Assembly: GCA_947629235.1 (NCBI GenBank)
Contig: CANRCX010000001.1
Span: 46,374 to 110,373 of the forward strand
Reading direction: 5' to 3'
DNA: 64,000 nucleotides
Source: an uncultured Bacilli bacterium
GTDB taxonomy: Bacteria; Bacillota_I; Bacilli_A; RF39; UBA660
The first letter of the stretch is position 1; every line of letters begins with the position of its first letter. The notes under the pieces are model-generated. The model worked only from the letters and a program-made list of their open reading frames with translations. It made no database searches and was not told the origin of the DNA. Positions 43,511 through 53,560 of the stretch are shown here, piece after piece. The translations under genes were made by a program, and so were the position numbers.

Positions 43511-44149
43511 ATGAGTAATGATTTAAATAAAACAGCAGATGATATAATGAAAGGATTTAAAGCACTTGGTGGTGGAGTACATGAAGCAGGTAAAAGAAGA
43601 GTAGATGAATTAGTAGCTAAACAAGGATATGTTGGATATAGAAATGAAAAAGCTGCTGAGTTATTCAAAAAAGAACATGAAAATTGGAGTACTGAATATA
43701 TTGATGGTGAATATAGATTTTATCCACCTAAACAAGAATTAAATAATGAAAATATTGATTATTTAAATGATTATAAAAATAATAAAAGTAATCCTATGAA
43801 TTCAACTTCTATAAATATAGAATTTTTAAATAATCAAGAATGTAAATATAGTTTAATTGTAATAGATAGAAGTACTGGTGAAAGAAAAGTATTAGATGAA
43901 AAAACAGTACGACTTGATAATAAATTTTTATATGAAACACTACCTAGTTTATATAACCAATTATGTTCAGGATTACCAGTAATAGATTATGAAAAAGATA
44001 CTATAATTAATTTTACTAGTGTTGATGGTAATCATAGTATGATGTTTGGTAATCTAAATGAAGAAAATAAAGAATTTATTAAAAATATGAAATCATTTGT
44101 AGATGAGAAAATGGGATATAATATTTATAGTGATGGTAAGGGTAGATAA
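43511..44149 (+). CDS. Hypothetical protein
   Basis: ~212 aa from ATG 43511 (AAAGAGGAA RBS). No family recognised. Confidence 0.45.
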   Translation: MSNDLNKTADDIMKGFKALGGGVHEAGKRRVDELVAKQGYVGYRNEKAAELFKKEHENWSTEYIDGEYRFYPPKQELNNENIDYLNDYKNNKSNPMNSTSINIEFLNNQECKYSLIVIDRSTGERKVLDEKTVRLDNKFLYETLPSLYNQLCSGLPVIDYEKDTIINFTSVDGNHSMMFGNLNEENKEFIKNMKSFVDEKMGYNIYSDGKGR

Positions 44150-44163
44150 ATAATAAAAAATAG

Positions 44164-44192
44164 TTGAATTTACTAAATAAATATTGTATAAT
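44164..44192 (+). promoter_or_regulatory. Sigma-A type promoter for T-box/leuS transcript
   Basis: TTGAAT (-35), 17-nt spacer, TATAAT (-10). Confidence 0.5.
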
Positions 44193-44198
44193 TTAGAC

Positions 44199-44400
44199 AT
44201 ATTTCATTGACAAAGAGAGTAGTAAATTAAATTTTTAATTCAAGAGAGTTAGTGGTAGGTGTAAACTAATATTAAAATTGATTGAACTTGCTTTTTTAGA
44301 AATAACGTTTTCCGCGATAAGGAATTAAAGATGCATAAAACTTTATGAAATAAGGTGGTACCGTGGGCTTGCTCATCCTTAATTATAAAGTTTTTATTTT
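44199..44400 (+). promoter_or_regulatory. T-box riboswitch leader (Leu-specific) with intrinsic terminator
   Basis: Stem I elements AGAGAGTAG…; candidate specifier region GAACUUGC (CUU Leu codon). Conserved T-box core AAGGTGGTACCGTGGG. Terminator helix ACTTTATGAAATAAGG…CCTTAATTATAAAGT enclosing the T-box core, followed by TTTTTATTTT (44341-44400). leuS lies downstream. Confidence 0.7.
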
Positions 44401-44411
44401 GGAGGAAGCAG

Positions 44412-44777
44412 ATGAATAAATTATTTTCATTCTTATATGATTTTGTCCTGTTATTCTTATTATTTTATATTGTATATCGTGTATTTATTAATAAGAAAAA
44501 GAAAAGTTATAGTAAACTTAAAAAGAATGATGAAGTTAAAATATTTATAGCTAGATATAATTTAGATGTAAGAAAATTAGATTATAAAAAAATACTAAAT
44601 ACAATAGCTTTAATTAATTCATTTATTATTTCATTTACTAGTACACTTATATTAAATATAGATAATTTTATAATATCAATAATGGTATGTTTTGTAGTTT
44701 TAATGATATTAATTTATTCACTTTATGAAATAGCTGGAAGATATTTTAAGAAAATGGAGGAAAAAGAAAATGTATGA
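44412..44777 (+). CDS. Small hypothetical membrane protein between T-box and leuS
   Basis: 121 aa from ATG 44412 (GGAGG RBS). Two or three hydrophobic helices. Stop overlaps the leuS start (ATGTATGA). The ORF-track start at 44355 would run through the T-box terminator and is rejected. Confidence 0.4.
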   Translation: MNKLFSFLYDFVLLFLLFYIVYRVFINKKKKSYSKLKKNDEVKIFIARYNLDVRKLDYKKILNTIALINSFIISFTSTLILNIDNFIISIMVCFVVLMILIYSLYEIAGRYFKKMEEKENV

Positions 44778-47172
44778 TTTTAAAGAAATAGAAGAAAAAT
44801 GGCAAAAAAGATGGGAAGATGCAAAATGTTTTGAAGCCAAAAATGCTAGTGATAAAGAAAAATATTATTTACTTGTAGAATTTCCTTATCCAAGTGGAAG
44901 TGGTCTTCATGTAGGACATGTTAGAAGTTATACAGCACTTGATGCTATGGCTAGAATTAAAAGAATGAGAGGATATAATGTATTATTTCCAATGGGATTT
45001 GATGCATTTGGTGCTCCAGCTGAACAATATGCTATTAAAAATCATGTATATCCTGCAAATATGGTAAAAGATTGTATTAAAACATTTAGAAGTCAAATGA
45101 AAAAATTAGGTTTTTCTTTTGATTGGTCTCGTGAATTTGCTACAACTGATCCAGAATATTATAAATGGACACAATGGCAATTCTTACAATTCTATAAAGC
45201 AGGACTTGCTTATAAAGCAGAAAAAGAAATAAATTGGTGTCCTAATTGTTTAACTGGTCTTTCAAATGAAGATGCTGAAGGTGGAATTTGTGAAAGATGT
45301 GGAAGTAAAACAGAAAAGAAATTAAAGAGTCAATGGATGCTTAAAATGAGTTCTTATGCTGATAAATTATTAGCTGGTCTTGATAAGACAGACTTTATGG
45401 ATAAAATAAAAATAGCTCAAATTAATTGGATAGGTAGAAGTGAAGGAGCAGAAGTTGATTTTAAAATTGATGGTGAAGAAGATACATTAAAAGTTTTTAC
45501 AACTAGACCTGATACACTTTATGGTGTAACATTTATGGTTATGTCACCAGAACATAAATATTTAGAAAAATATGAAAGTAAAATTAAAAATTTAGATGAA
45601 GTAAAAAAATATCAAGAATATGCTAAATCTAAAACTGAAATTGAAAGAACAGATTTAACTCGTGAAAAAACTGGTGTTAAATTAGAAGGATTTGAAGTAA
45701 TTAATCCAGTAAATGATGAAAAAATAGAAGTTTGGATTAGTGATTATGTACTTGCTAATTATGGAACAGGTGCTATTATGGCAGTTCCAGCTCATGATGA
45801 AAGAGACTTTGAATTTGCAACTAAATTTAATATTCCAATTATTCCTGTAATTGAAGGAGGAGATACAACTAAAGAAGCTTATACTGGAGATGGTAAAATG
45901 ATTAATTCAGGTAAGTTTAATGGAATTACAAATAAAAAAGAAGCAATTTCTAAAATGATTGAATACCTAGAAGAAAAAGGCGTAGGAGAAAAGAAAATAA
46001 ATTATAGATTACAAGATTGGATATTTAGTAGACAAAGATTCTGGGGTGAACCAATTCCAATGATTTATTGTGAAAAATGTGGTTGGGTTCCAGTTCCAGA
46101 AGAAGAATTACCTTTAATTCTTCCAGATGTTCCATCATATGAACCAACTGAAACAGGTGAAAGTCCACTTGCAAATGTTACTGATTGGGTAAATTGTAAA
46201 TGTCCAAAATGTGGATCTGATGCTAAAAGAGAAACTGATACAATGCCAAACTGGGCTGGATCTAGCTGGTATTGGTTAAGATTTATGGATCCACATAATG
46301 ATAAATGTTTTGCAAGTATGGATGCTCTAAAATATTGGGGAATGGTAGACTACTATAATGGTGGTATGGAACATGCTACTAGACACTTACTATATGCAAG
46401 ATTCTGGCATGAATTCTTATATGATCAAGGATTAGTACCAACAGAAGAACCATTTAAAAAACGTGTATCACATGGTATGATACTTGGTGAAAATGGAGAA
46501 AAAATGAGTAAATCTCGTGGAAATGTAGTAAATCCAGATGATATGATGAATGCTTATGGAGCAGATGCATTAAGAACATATGAAATGTTTATTGGAGATT
46601 ATGCAAAAGATGCATCTTGGAGTGAAAATGGACTTAAAGGATGTAAGAGATTCTTAGATAAAATATATAGATTAAAAGATAAAGTAAATGATAAAGAAGA
46701 GTATACAAAAGATTTAGAAATTTTAATTAATAAAACAATTAAGAAAGTAGAAGAAGATATTAATACAATGAATTATAATACAGCAGTATCTGCTTTAATG
46801 ATTTTATCTAATGAATATGATAAACTTGATAGTATTACAAGAAAAGATTATAGAACAATATTACATTTATTAAATCCAATTGCACCACATATTACAGAAG
46901 AATTAAATGAAATGTTAAATCTTGGTCCTGCATTTTATGAAAGTACTTTCCCAGAATATGATGAAAATAAAATTACATTTGATAAAGTAAATATTGCTTG
47001 TAGTGTAAATGGTAAATTAAGAGCAACTATTGAAGTTGATATGGATACTCCAAAAGAAGAATTATTAAGACTTGCAAAAGAACAAGAAAATGTAATTAAA
47101 CATATTGAAGGAAAAGAAATAGTAAAAGAAATAGTAGTACCAAATAAAATAGTTAATATTGTTGTAAAATAA
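44770..47172 (+). CDS. leuS: Leucine--tRNA ligase
   Basis: 800 aa. HIGH motif (PYPSGSGLHVGHVRSY), KMSKS motif (EKMSKSRGN), and a CP1 editing domain. Confidence 0.95.
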   Translation: MYDFKEIEEKWQKRWEDAKCFEAKNASDKEKYYLLVEFPYPSGSGLHVGHVRSYTALDAMARIKRMRGYNVLFPMGFDAFGAPAEQYAIKNHVYPANMVKDCIKTFRSQMKKLGFSFDWSREFATTDPEYYKWTQWQFLQFYKAGLAYKAEKEINWCPNCLTGLSNEDAEGGICERCGSKTEKKLKSQWMLKMSSYADKLLAGLDKTDFMDKIKIAQINWIGRSEGAEVDFKIDGEEDTLKVFTTRPDTLYGVTFMVMSPEHKYLEKYESKIKNLDEVKKYQEYAKSKTEIERTDLTREKTGVKLEGFEVINPVNDEKIEVWISDYVLANYGTGAIMAVPAHDERDFEFATKFNIPIIPVIEGGDTTKEAYTGDGKMINSGKFNGITNKKEAISKMIEYLEEKGVGEKKINYRLQDWIFSRQRFWGEPIPMIYCEKCGWVPVPEEELPLILPDVPSYEPTETGESPLANVTDWVNCKCPKCGSDAKRETDTMPNWAGSSWYWLRFMDPHNDKCFASMDALKYWGMVDYYNGGMEHATRHLLYARFWHEFLYDQGLVPTEEPFKKRVSHGMILGENGEKMSKSRGNVVNPDDMMNAYGADALRTYEMFIGDYAKDASWSENGLKGCKRFLDKIYRLKDKVNDKEEYTKDLEILINKTIKKVEEDINTMNYNTAVSALMILSNEYDKLDSITRKDYRTILHLLNPIAPHITEELNEMLNLGPAFYESTFPEYDENKITFDKVNIACSVNGKLRATIEVDMDTPKEELLRLAKEQENVIKHIEGKEIVKEIVVPNKIVNIVVK

Positions 47173-47271
47173 ATTAATAAAACTTTATTCAAAAATATTG
47201 AATAGAGTTTTTTAATGAAGTTTGTTTGATTTTTATGTGATTAATTAGTATAATTAAATTGAGGTGTAAAT

Positions 47272-47892
47272 ATGATAGGATTTTATGATTATACTGTATT
47301 ACTTACATACCTAGGATTCTCATCAGGAATACTTGGAATAATATTAGCAAATACTGGACACATTTTATTATCTATACTTTGTTTAATGTTTTCAGGATTA
47401 TGTGATATGTTTGATGGAAGAGTAGCAAGAACTAAAAAGAAAAGAACTCAAGAAGAAAAACATTATGGTATACAACTTGATAGTTTATCTGATTTAGTTT
47501 GTTTTGGAGTTTTACCATCTGTAATTGGTTTTAATATTGGAATGACTTATCCTTTATGGTATTTAGTATTAATATTTTTTCCACTATCAGCACTTATTAG
47601 ACTTGCATATTTTAATGTACTAGAAATTATGAGAAATAGTAGTACACCAGTAAAAGAATTTATTGGACTTCCAACTACATCATCAGCATTAGTATTTCCA
47701 TTTATTTATATATTTAAGAAATTTTTAGGTAAATATTTTGTATTAGTTTATGGACTTGGTTTATTATTAGTTGGAATCTTAATGATAAGTAAAATAAAAA
47801 TTAAAAAACCACAAAATAAAACAATGATATTATTAATTTTAATAGGAGTAATAGAGATAATATTAATTATCACTGTCAAAAAATTCTTATGA
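47272..47892 (+). CDS. pssA: CDP-diacylglycerol--serine O-phosphatidyltransferase (CDP-alcohol phosphatidyltransferase family)
   Basis: Motif DMFDGRVAR…G…LDSLSDLVCFG (D-G-x2-A-R…G-x3-D-x3-D). Polytopic membrane protein. Immediately followed by psd. Confidence 0.7.
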   Translation: MIGFYDYTVLLTYLGFSSGILGIILANTGHILLSILCLMFSGLCDMFDGRVARTKKKRTQEEKHYGIQLDSLSDLVCFGVLPSVIGFNIGMTYPLWYLVLIFFPLSALIRLAYFNVLEIMRNSSTPVKEFIGLPTTSSALVFPFIYIFKKFLGKYFVLVYGLGLLLVGILMISKIKIKKPQNKTMILLILIGVIEIILIITVKKFL

Positions 47893-48785
47893 AATATATA
47901 GCAAGAGAAAGAAATAGTGAACAAAATATAATTACAGAGTCTTCAAAAACTCTTAATTTTTTATATAATACTTTAATTGGAAGAATAATTTTAAGAATAT
48001 TAATAACTGCTCCTATATCAAATTTAGTAGCAATTTATATGAATAGTAGTTTATCTAAACATAGAATTAAAAAATTTGTTGATAAAAATGATATAAATAC
48101 ATTTGAATATGAAGATAAAAATTATAGTTCTTATAATGATTTTTTTACAAGAAAAGTCATTAGTGTAAAAAGACCAATTAATGCAAGAAGTGGAATACTT
48201 ATATCTCCTTGTGATAGTAAATTATCAGCATATAAAATTAGTGAAGATTTAACTCTTAATATAAAAGATTCTTATTATAGTATAAATAGTTTAATAAATG
48301 ATAATATAATAGATGAATATAAAGAAGGTTATGCTCTTGTATTTAGACTAACAACAGATAATTATCATAGATATTGTTATATTGATAGTGGTACTAAAGG
48401 AAAGAATTATAAAATAAAAGGAGTTTATCATACAGTTCAACCAATATCATTAAATCATTATAATTTTTTTAAAACTAATACTCGTGAATATACAATATTA
48501 AATACAAATAATTTTGGTAAAGTAATTGAAGTAGAAGTAGGAGCTTTATGTATTGGAAGAATTAAAAATAATCATGAAGAATATAAATTTAAAAAAGGTG
48601 AAGAAAAAGGTTATTTTGAATTTGGTGGATCTACAATAGTTTTATTATTTAAAAAAGGTGTATTAAATTTAGATGATGATATATTAAGAAATTCAAATGA
48701 AAATATTGAAACAATTGTTAAATATGGAGAAAGAATAGGTAAAGCTAAATTCTTTGCTAGAATAATTAATAAATTAAAATTCTAG
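47889..48785 (+). CDS. psd: Phosphatidylserine decarboxylase proenzyme
   Basis: 298 aa. Conserved G-S-T self-cleavage site in FEFGGSTIVLL near the C-terminus. Confidence 0.8.
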   Translation: MKYIARERNSEQNIITESSKTLNFLYNTLIGRIILRILITAPISNLVAIYMNSSLSKHRIKKFVDKNDINTFEYEDKNYSSYNDFFTRKVISVKRPINARSGILISPCDSKLSAYKISEDLTLNIKDSYYSINSLINDNIIDEYKEGYALVFRLTTDNYHRYCYIDSGTKGKNYKIKGVYHTVQPISLNHYNFFKTNTREYTILNTNNFGKVIEVEVGALCIGRIKNNHEEYKFKKGEEKGYFEFGGSTIVLLFKKGVLNLDDDILRNSNENIETIVKYGERIGKAKFFARIINKLKF

Positions 48786-48875
48786 TGTAAATTAATAAAA
48801 AATTAAATATGTTTACTTGATATATACTTAAAAATTAAATAAAATTATATTTAGTATAGAAAGGAGTAAATAATA

Positions 48876-49340
48876 ATGAATAAAAAAATATTAGTTGTTG
48901 TATTATCAGTTTTTATGTTATTTAGTCTTACTGGATGCTTTATTAAAAAGACACCACTTACAACTGATGATTTTATAAAAAATGCAAATTCATATAATTT
49001 TACAACTAGTGATATAACTAATCAATTTACTGATGAAGAAAATGTTTCTAAAGTAACTATTGCTTTACATGATAAAGGATATAAAATTGAATTTTATGAA
49101 TTATCTAATAAAGATATTGCTAAAAATATGTATAATACTGATAAATTAAGTTTTGATTCATTAAAAGAAGGTAAATATACTGAAACATCATTAAATATAG
49201 GTAATTATGATACTTATTCATTATCAACAGAAAGTGAATATATGTATATAAGTAGAGTAGATAAAACTTATTTATATTTAAGAGTAGATATTTCTCATAA
49301 AGATGAAGTAAAAGAATTCATTGACAAAATAGGTTATTAA
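48876..49340 (+). CDS. Putative lipoprotein
   Basis: Signal peptide with lipobox LTGC (…FMLFSLTGCFIKK). 154 aa. AAAGGAG RBS. Confidence 0.5.
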   Translation: MNKKILVVVLSVFMLFSLTGCFIKKTPLTTDDFIKNANSYNFTTSDITNQFTDEENVSKVTIALHDKGYKIEFYELSNKDIAKNMYNTDKLSFDSLKEGKYTETSLNIGNYDTYSLSTESEYMYISRVDKTYLYLRVDISHKDEVKEFIDKIGY

Positions 49341-49368
49341 AAAAGAATAATTAAATTTATTAAACTAA

Positions 49369-50106
49369 TTATTCTTTTTTTGTATCAAAATTTTCTAAAT
49401 ATTTTTTATATGCTTTAATAGATAATTCATCTAAACTTTTATATTTTAATTTTTTATCTTTACAAAGTTTATCTAATAAATAATCTGTAAAATATGGATT
49501 TCTAATAAGTAGTGGACCAATTATATGAGTCGCAAATACATTTTTATATATAAATCCTTCATGAGTATTTGTAAGATCATTTGAATATTTTTCATTAACT
49601 TCAAATAGATAATCTTTAATATTAAAGTTTAAATCACATCTATTTTCAAAACCAATTATTTTATTTTTAATAATTTTAGATTTACCATTAACTTCACCAA
49701 CAATTCTATCAGAAGATGCATTTTTAAATGTACTTTCATTTATTAGTTCTGTATAGTAATCAAATATATTTAAAGCATTTGTTTTTTTATTATTATATAA
49801 AATATATTCCCCAAATAAATCCATTGAATTACCTGTAAGTAATAAATATTTATCACTTTCAATATATTTTTTAATTTCATTTTTTCTTTTAAGTATATCA
49901 TTTAGTGCTAAAAACAAATTATCTTCACTACCACTACCAATATAAATAATATCATATTTTTCAAAATCAATTTTATCATTTAAACTTTTTAAATCAACAT
50001 TAACTTTTATTTTATTAAGTTCTAAATTATGTTTGATTGCTCTTGTATTAGCATTTTCTCCATAAAGGTTTAATAAGTCATAATATAAATGTAAAACATT
50101 AATCAT
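49369..50106 (-). CDS. gatD: Lipid II isoglutaminyl synthase glutaminase subunit GatD (CobB/CobQ-like type 1 glutamine amidotransferase)
   Basis: 245 aa. Overlaps and follows murT on the minus strand. GATase-like pattern (IYIGSGSEDN…). Confidence 0.7.
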   Translation of the reverse strand: MINVLHLYYDLLNLYGENANTRAIKHNLELNKIKVNVDLKSLNDKIDFEKYDIIYIGSGSEDNLFLALNDILKRKNEIKKYIESDKYLLLTGNSMDLFGEYILYNNKKTNALNIFDYYTELINESTFKNASSDRIVGEVNGKSKIIKNKIIGFENRCDLNFNIKDYLFEVNEKYSNDLTNTHEGFIYKNVFATHIIGPLLIRNPYFTDYLLDKLCKDKKLKYKSLDELSIKAYKKYLENFDTKKE

Positions 50107-51442
50107 TATTTTCCTCCTTTATAATTTTTTTAAGTTCAATTTCTTTATCAAAACATACCATAGAATATATTTTACCACTAGTTTTTTCTTTTAATATTTT
50201 TGATAAATTTGATAAATCTTCAACTAAAATTATTTTATTTTTATCAATAGATGCATATTCAAATCTAACTCTCATATCATAACAGAACTTTCCAATTAAT
50301 ATAATATTTTTTATAGATGAATCATTTAATTCTTCAAAATCAATATCCCAAATCCATGATATATCATTTTCTTTATATCTTCTAGATGAAGAATCAAAAC
50401 CTAATATAACAGTTTTATCTCCACTTTGATGAAGTATATAGTCAAGTGATTGTTTATAACTTAAATTATTTTCATTTTTACTTACTAACATTTGCCATTT
50501 TCTATTATCGAAGTCATATATATTAAGTCTTTTAGTTTTAATTTCATCACTATTTAATACTGAAAGTATATTTTCATCACTAAGATTAAGTGTTTTACTA
50601 AGAGCATAACAACCTGTTACAAAATATGCTGTATATAAGAAATTAGATGGAAGATGTATTTTATTTTCATTAATTTCTATTGTTTGATTATCAATATCAA
50701 TATTTTTAGCTTCATAGTCAGGATTTCCTCTATTAAAATGATATTTAGGACAATGATATGAACCAATATGCCCATAATGATAAAAATCATATTCTAATTT
50801 AGAATTACAAATAGGGCAGTATGCAGCATCTAAATTATTTAAATTATTTTTTCTAGAGTAATTATTTTCACTAAGTCCATAAGTAGTAACACCACCTTTA
50901 TGATTAACTCTAAGTCTATTAACAAATGGATCATCTACATTTAGTATAAGATGAGTACCATTTGGAATAGCATTTTTAATAGCATTATATATTTTTTCTG
51001 GATGAGAATTTCTTGGAGGTTGATCTCTTGTAATATTAGTTATCATTAAATGAGTTGGTGTTATATATTTAAAAATATATTTCATGAATTGTTCATCTAA
51101 TTCCATTAATAATACATCTTTTTTAATCTTACCAAATAAAGTAGAATTATTAAGTACTAATGAAGTTATAGCATTAATAGTATTACTTCCTTCTTTATTA
51201 TATATAGTTGTGTAGTTATTTTTAGTTAATATATTATACATAAGTTCAGTAGAAGAACTTTTACCACTAGATCCAGTAATACCAATTACATATTTAGGAA
51301 GTTTAATTTTCTTTAAAATATTTTTATCAAGTTTTAGAGCATAATATCCACCAATAACACTTCCTTCATGTCCAATAAGTTTACTTATTTTATTTGCTGC
51401 TTTACAAGTAAGAATAACTATAAATTTCCACATATAATTCAC
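50099..51442 (-). CDS. murT: Lipid II isoglutaminyl synthase MurT (Mur-ligase domain + DUF1727)
   Basis: 447 aa. Mur ligase P-loop GITGSSGKSSST. Cys-rich zinc ribbon (CPICNSK…CPKYH) typical of MurT. DUF1727-like C-terminus. Confidence 0.8.
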   Translation of the reverse strand: MNYMWKFIVILTCKAANKISKLIGHEGSVIGGYYALKLDKNILKKIKLPKYVIGITGSSGKSSSTELMYNILTKNNYTTIYNKEGSNTINAITSLVLNNSTLFGKIKKDVLLMELDEQFMKYIFKYITPTHLMITNITRDQPPRNSHPEKIYNAIKNAIPNGTHLILNVDDPFVNRLRVNHKGGVTTYGLSENNYSRKNNLNNLDAAYCPICNSKLEYDFYHYGHIGSYHCPKYHFNRGNPDYEAKNIDIDNQTIEINENKIHLPSNFLYTAYFVTGCYALSKTLNLSDENILSVLNSDEIKTKRLNIYDFDNRKWQMLVSKNENNLSYKQSLDYILHQSGDKTVILGFDSSSRRYKENDISWIWDIDFEELNDSSIKNIILIGKFCYDMRVRFEYASIDKNKIILVEDLSNLSKILKEKTSGKIYSMVCFDKEIELKKIIKEENND

Positions 51443-51612
51443 CTAAATATATTATATAACATTTTTAGTATTTTATAAAGTTTAGTATTTCTGTAAAAAA
51501 GAAACTATATTAGCTATTGTAATAGTTTTATAAATTATTGCAATAGAAAATCACTTAACATAAAGTGATTTTCTACTTAATATTAATTATTTTAATAATT
51601 TTATAATTGTTT

Positions 51613-51665
51613 AAATTAAAAAGCACCTAACTCAACTTTTGAATTAGGTGTTACAAGAACTAGGT
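51613..51665 (-). terminator. Hairpin with U-tract on minus strand in murT 5' region (possible leader attenuator or sRNA terminator)
   Basis: CACCTAAcTCAA-cttt-TTGAaTTAGGTG is a 12-bp stem with one mismatch. On the minus strand it is followed by CTTTTTAATTT. Confidence 0.3.
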
Positions 51666-51913
51666 AACATCCAACGAAGAAATTGGTATGTTTCCTTTTT
51701 TTTATTTTATTCAAGTCATCCTTGACAAATATATAATATCATAAAAAATAATATTTTTCAAGCAAATGTATAGTAATACTTTATAATATACTTGTTGTTA
51801 ATAAAATTACAAATATCCTTTTTTCATATTAAATCATTTGCTTTCAATTGTAAAATTATATTTTTTTGTGATAATATAAGTATGTATTAAAATACTTTTA
51901 AAGGGTGAATAGT

Positions 51914-53506
51914 ATGATAGTTAGTAATTTAAAAGTTACAATTAATGGAAATAATATTCTAAATGATATAAATTTTTCTTTAAATAATAAAGATAAAGTA
52001 GGATTAGTTGGAGTAAATGGAAGCGGTAAATCCACTTTATTAAAAGCATTAAAAAATTTAATAGATAAAGAATCTGGAAGTATTAAAACAGATAATGAAA
52101 GTATAGGATACTTAGAACAAGAAATACCAAATTATTATAATGATTATACTATAATAGATTATATAAAGAAAAATATTGGAATTGATGTTTTGGAAGAAAA
52201 ACTTTATAAATTAGAAAATAATTTAACAGAAGATGTAATGGAAGAATATAGTGATGTTTTAGATAAATATATAGCATTAGATGGTTATAATTTTGAAGAT
52301 AATTTAAAAATTATATTATCAGGTTTAAAATTTAATGAAAATATTTATGATAAAATATCTATTCTTTCAGGTGGAGAAAAAATAAAAGTATTACTTTCTT
52401 CTTTATTACTTCAAAACACAGATATATTACTTTTAGATGAACCAACTAATAATTTAGATATAGAAGCAATAACTTGGTTAGAAAATTATTTAAAATCTTT
52501 AAATAAAAAAATGATAATAGTGTCTCATGATGAGTTCTTTTTAAATAATATAGTTTCTAAAATTTTTGAGTTATCTGATGGTAAAATATTAGAATATAAT
52601 TTAAGCTATAATGATTATTTATTAAAAAAAGAAGAAGAATATAATCAGATGCTAAATTCATATAATTCTCTTAAAGATCAAAAAGAAAAATTAAAGAAAG
52701 AATTAATAAGAGCAAAGCAATGGGCAAATAAAGGAAATAAAAAAGCATTTAATGATAATGATAAACTTGCTAATAACTATGCAAAAGAAAAAACAAATAA
52801 TAAAAATATTTCTAAAATAAGTAGTGCTCTTGAAAATTTAGAAATACCAGATTTTAAGGAAAAAGAAAAAATTAATATAAATTTAGATTTTGATAGTTCT
52901 AAAGGAAATAGAGATATAATATTAGAAAACTTAGTTTGTGGATATGATACATTTAAAACTCCAGTAATAAATTTAATTATTCCATTTGGTAATAAAGTAA
53001 TGATTGAAGGTAAGAATGGAAGTGGAAAATCTACATTAGTAAAAACTATTTTATGTGAGATTGAACCTTTATCAGGTAAATTAATAATAGGTAATGATGT
53101 TAGAATAGGTTATATTTCTCAAGATACATTAAGTGAAAATACTAATTCTACAATCCTTGAATATTTAACAAAAGATAAAGAAGATATTAATTTGTCAAAA
53201 ATATTTATTTTACTTGATAAATTTAATATAAGTTATGAAGATAAAGATAAATTATATAGGAGTCTATCACCTGGACAAAGAACTAGAGTAAATTTAGTAA
53301 AAATGGCTTTAGATAAAACCAATGTATTAGTATTAGATGAAGTAACTAATCGTTTAGATAAAGATGCTCTTGAATTAATTTATGAATTAGTACAAGAATA
53401 TAAAGGTACTATTATTAGTATTTCTCATAATAGAAAATATAATGAAATATTTTCTCCTAATATTATATTAAATATTGAAACTGGTAAAGTGGAATATAAA
53501 AAATAA
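51914..53506 (+). CDS. ABC-F family ATPase (two ABC domains, no TMD)
   Basis: Two Walker A motifs (GVNGSGKST, GKNGSGKST), two LSGGE/LSPGQ signatures, and a ~80-aa charged interdomain linker. ATG 51914 follows an AAGGGTGA RBS. Confidence 0.8.
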   Translation: MIVSNLKVTINGNNILNDINFSLNNKDKVGLVGVNGSGKSTLLKALKNLIDKESGSIKTDNESIGYLEQEIPNYYNDYTIIDYIKKNIGIDVLEEKLYKLENNLTEDVMEEYSDVLDKYIALDGYNFEDNLKIILSGLKFNENIYDKISILSGGEKIKVLLSSLLLQNTDILLLDEPTNNLDIEAITWLENYLKSLNKKMIIVSHDEFFLNNIVSKIFELSDGKILEYNLSYNDYLLKKEEEYNQMLNSYNSLKDQKEKLKKELIRAKQWANKGNKKAFNDNDKLANNYAKEKTNNKNISKISSALENLEIPDFKEKEKININLDFDSSKGNRDIILENLVCGYDTFKTPVINLIIPFGNKVMIEGKNGSGKSTLVKTILCEIEPLSGKLIIGNDVRIGYISQDTLSENTNSTILEYLTKDKEDINLSKIFILLDKFNISYEDKDKLYRSLSPGQRTRVNLVKMALDKTNVLVLDEVTNRLDKDALELIYELVQEYKGTIISISHNRKYNEIFSPNIILNIETGKVEYKK

Positions 53507-53508
53507 TA

Positions 53509-53537
53509 TAGACACCACCCCCTAGGGGTGGTATAAT
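53509..53537 (+). promoter_or_regulatory. Promoter with embedded CsoR-type operator for csoR-copZ-copA
   Basis: -35 TAGACA (53509-14), 17-nt spacer, -10 TATAAT (53532-37). The spacer is the GC-rich palindrome ACCACCCC-cta-GGGGTGGT (53514-53532), typical of CsoR operators, in an otherwise AT-rich region. Confidence 0.6.
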
Positions 53538-53560
53538 TTTATTGAGGTGTTAAGTTTTAA

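Noticed and set aside
44355-44411. Upstream extension of the small membrane ORF to 44355
   Set aside because: It would initiate inside the T-box terminator helix. The ATG at 44412 has a GGAGG RBS.
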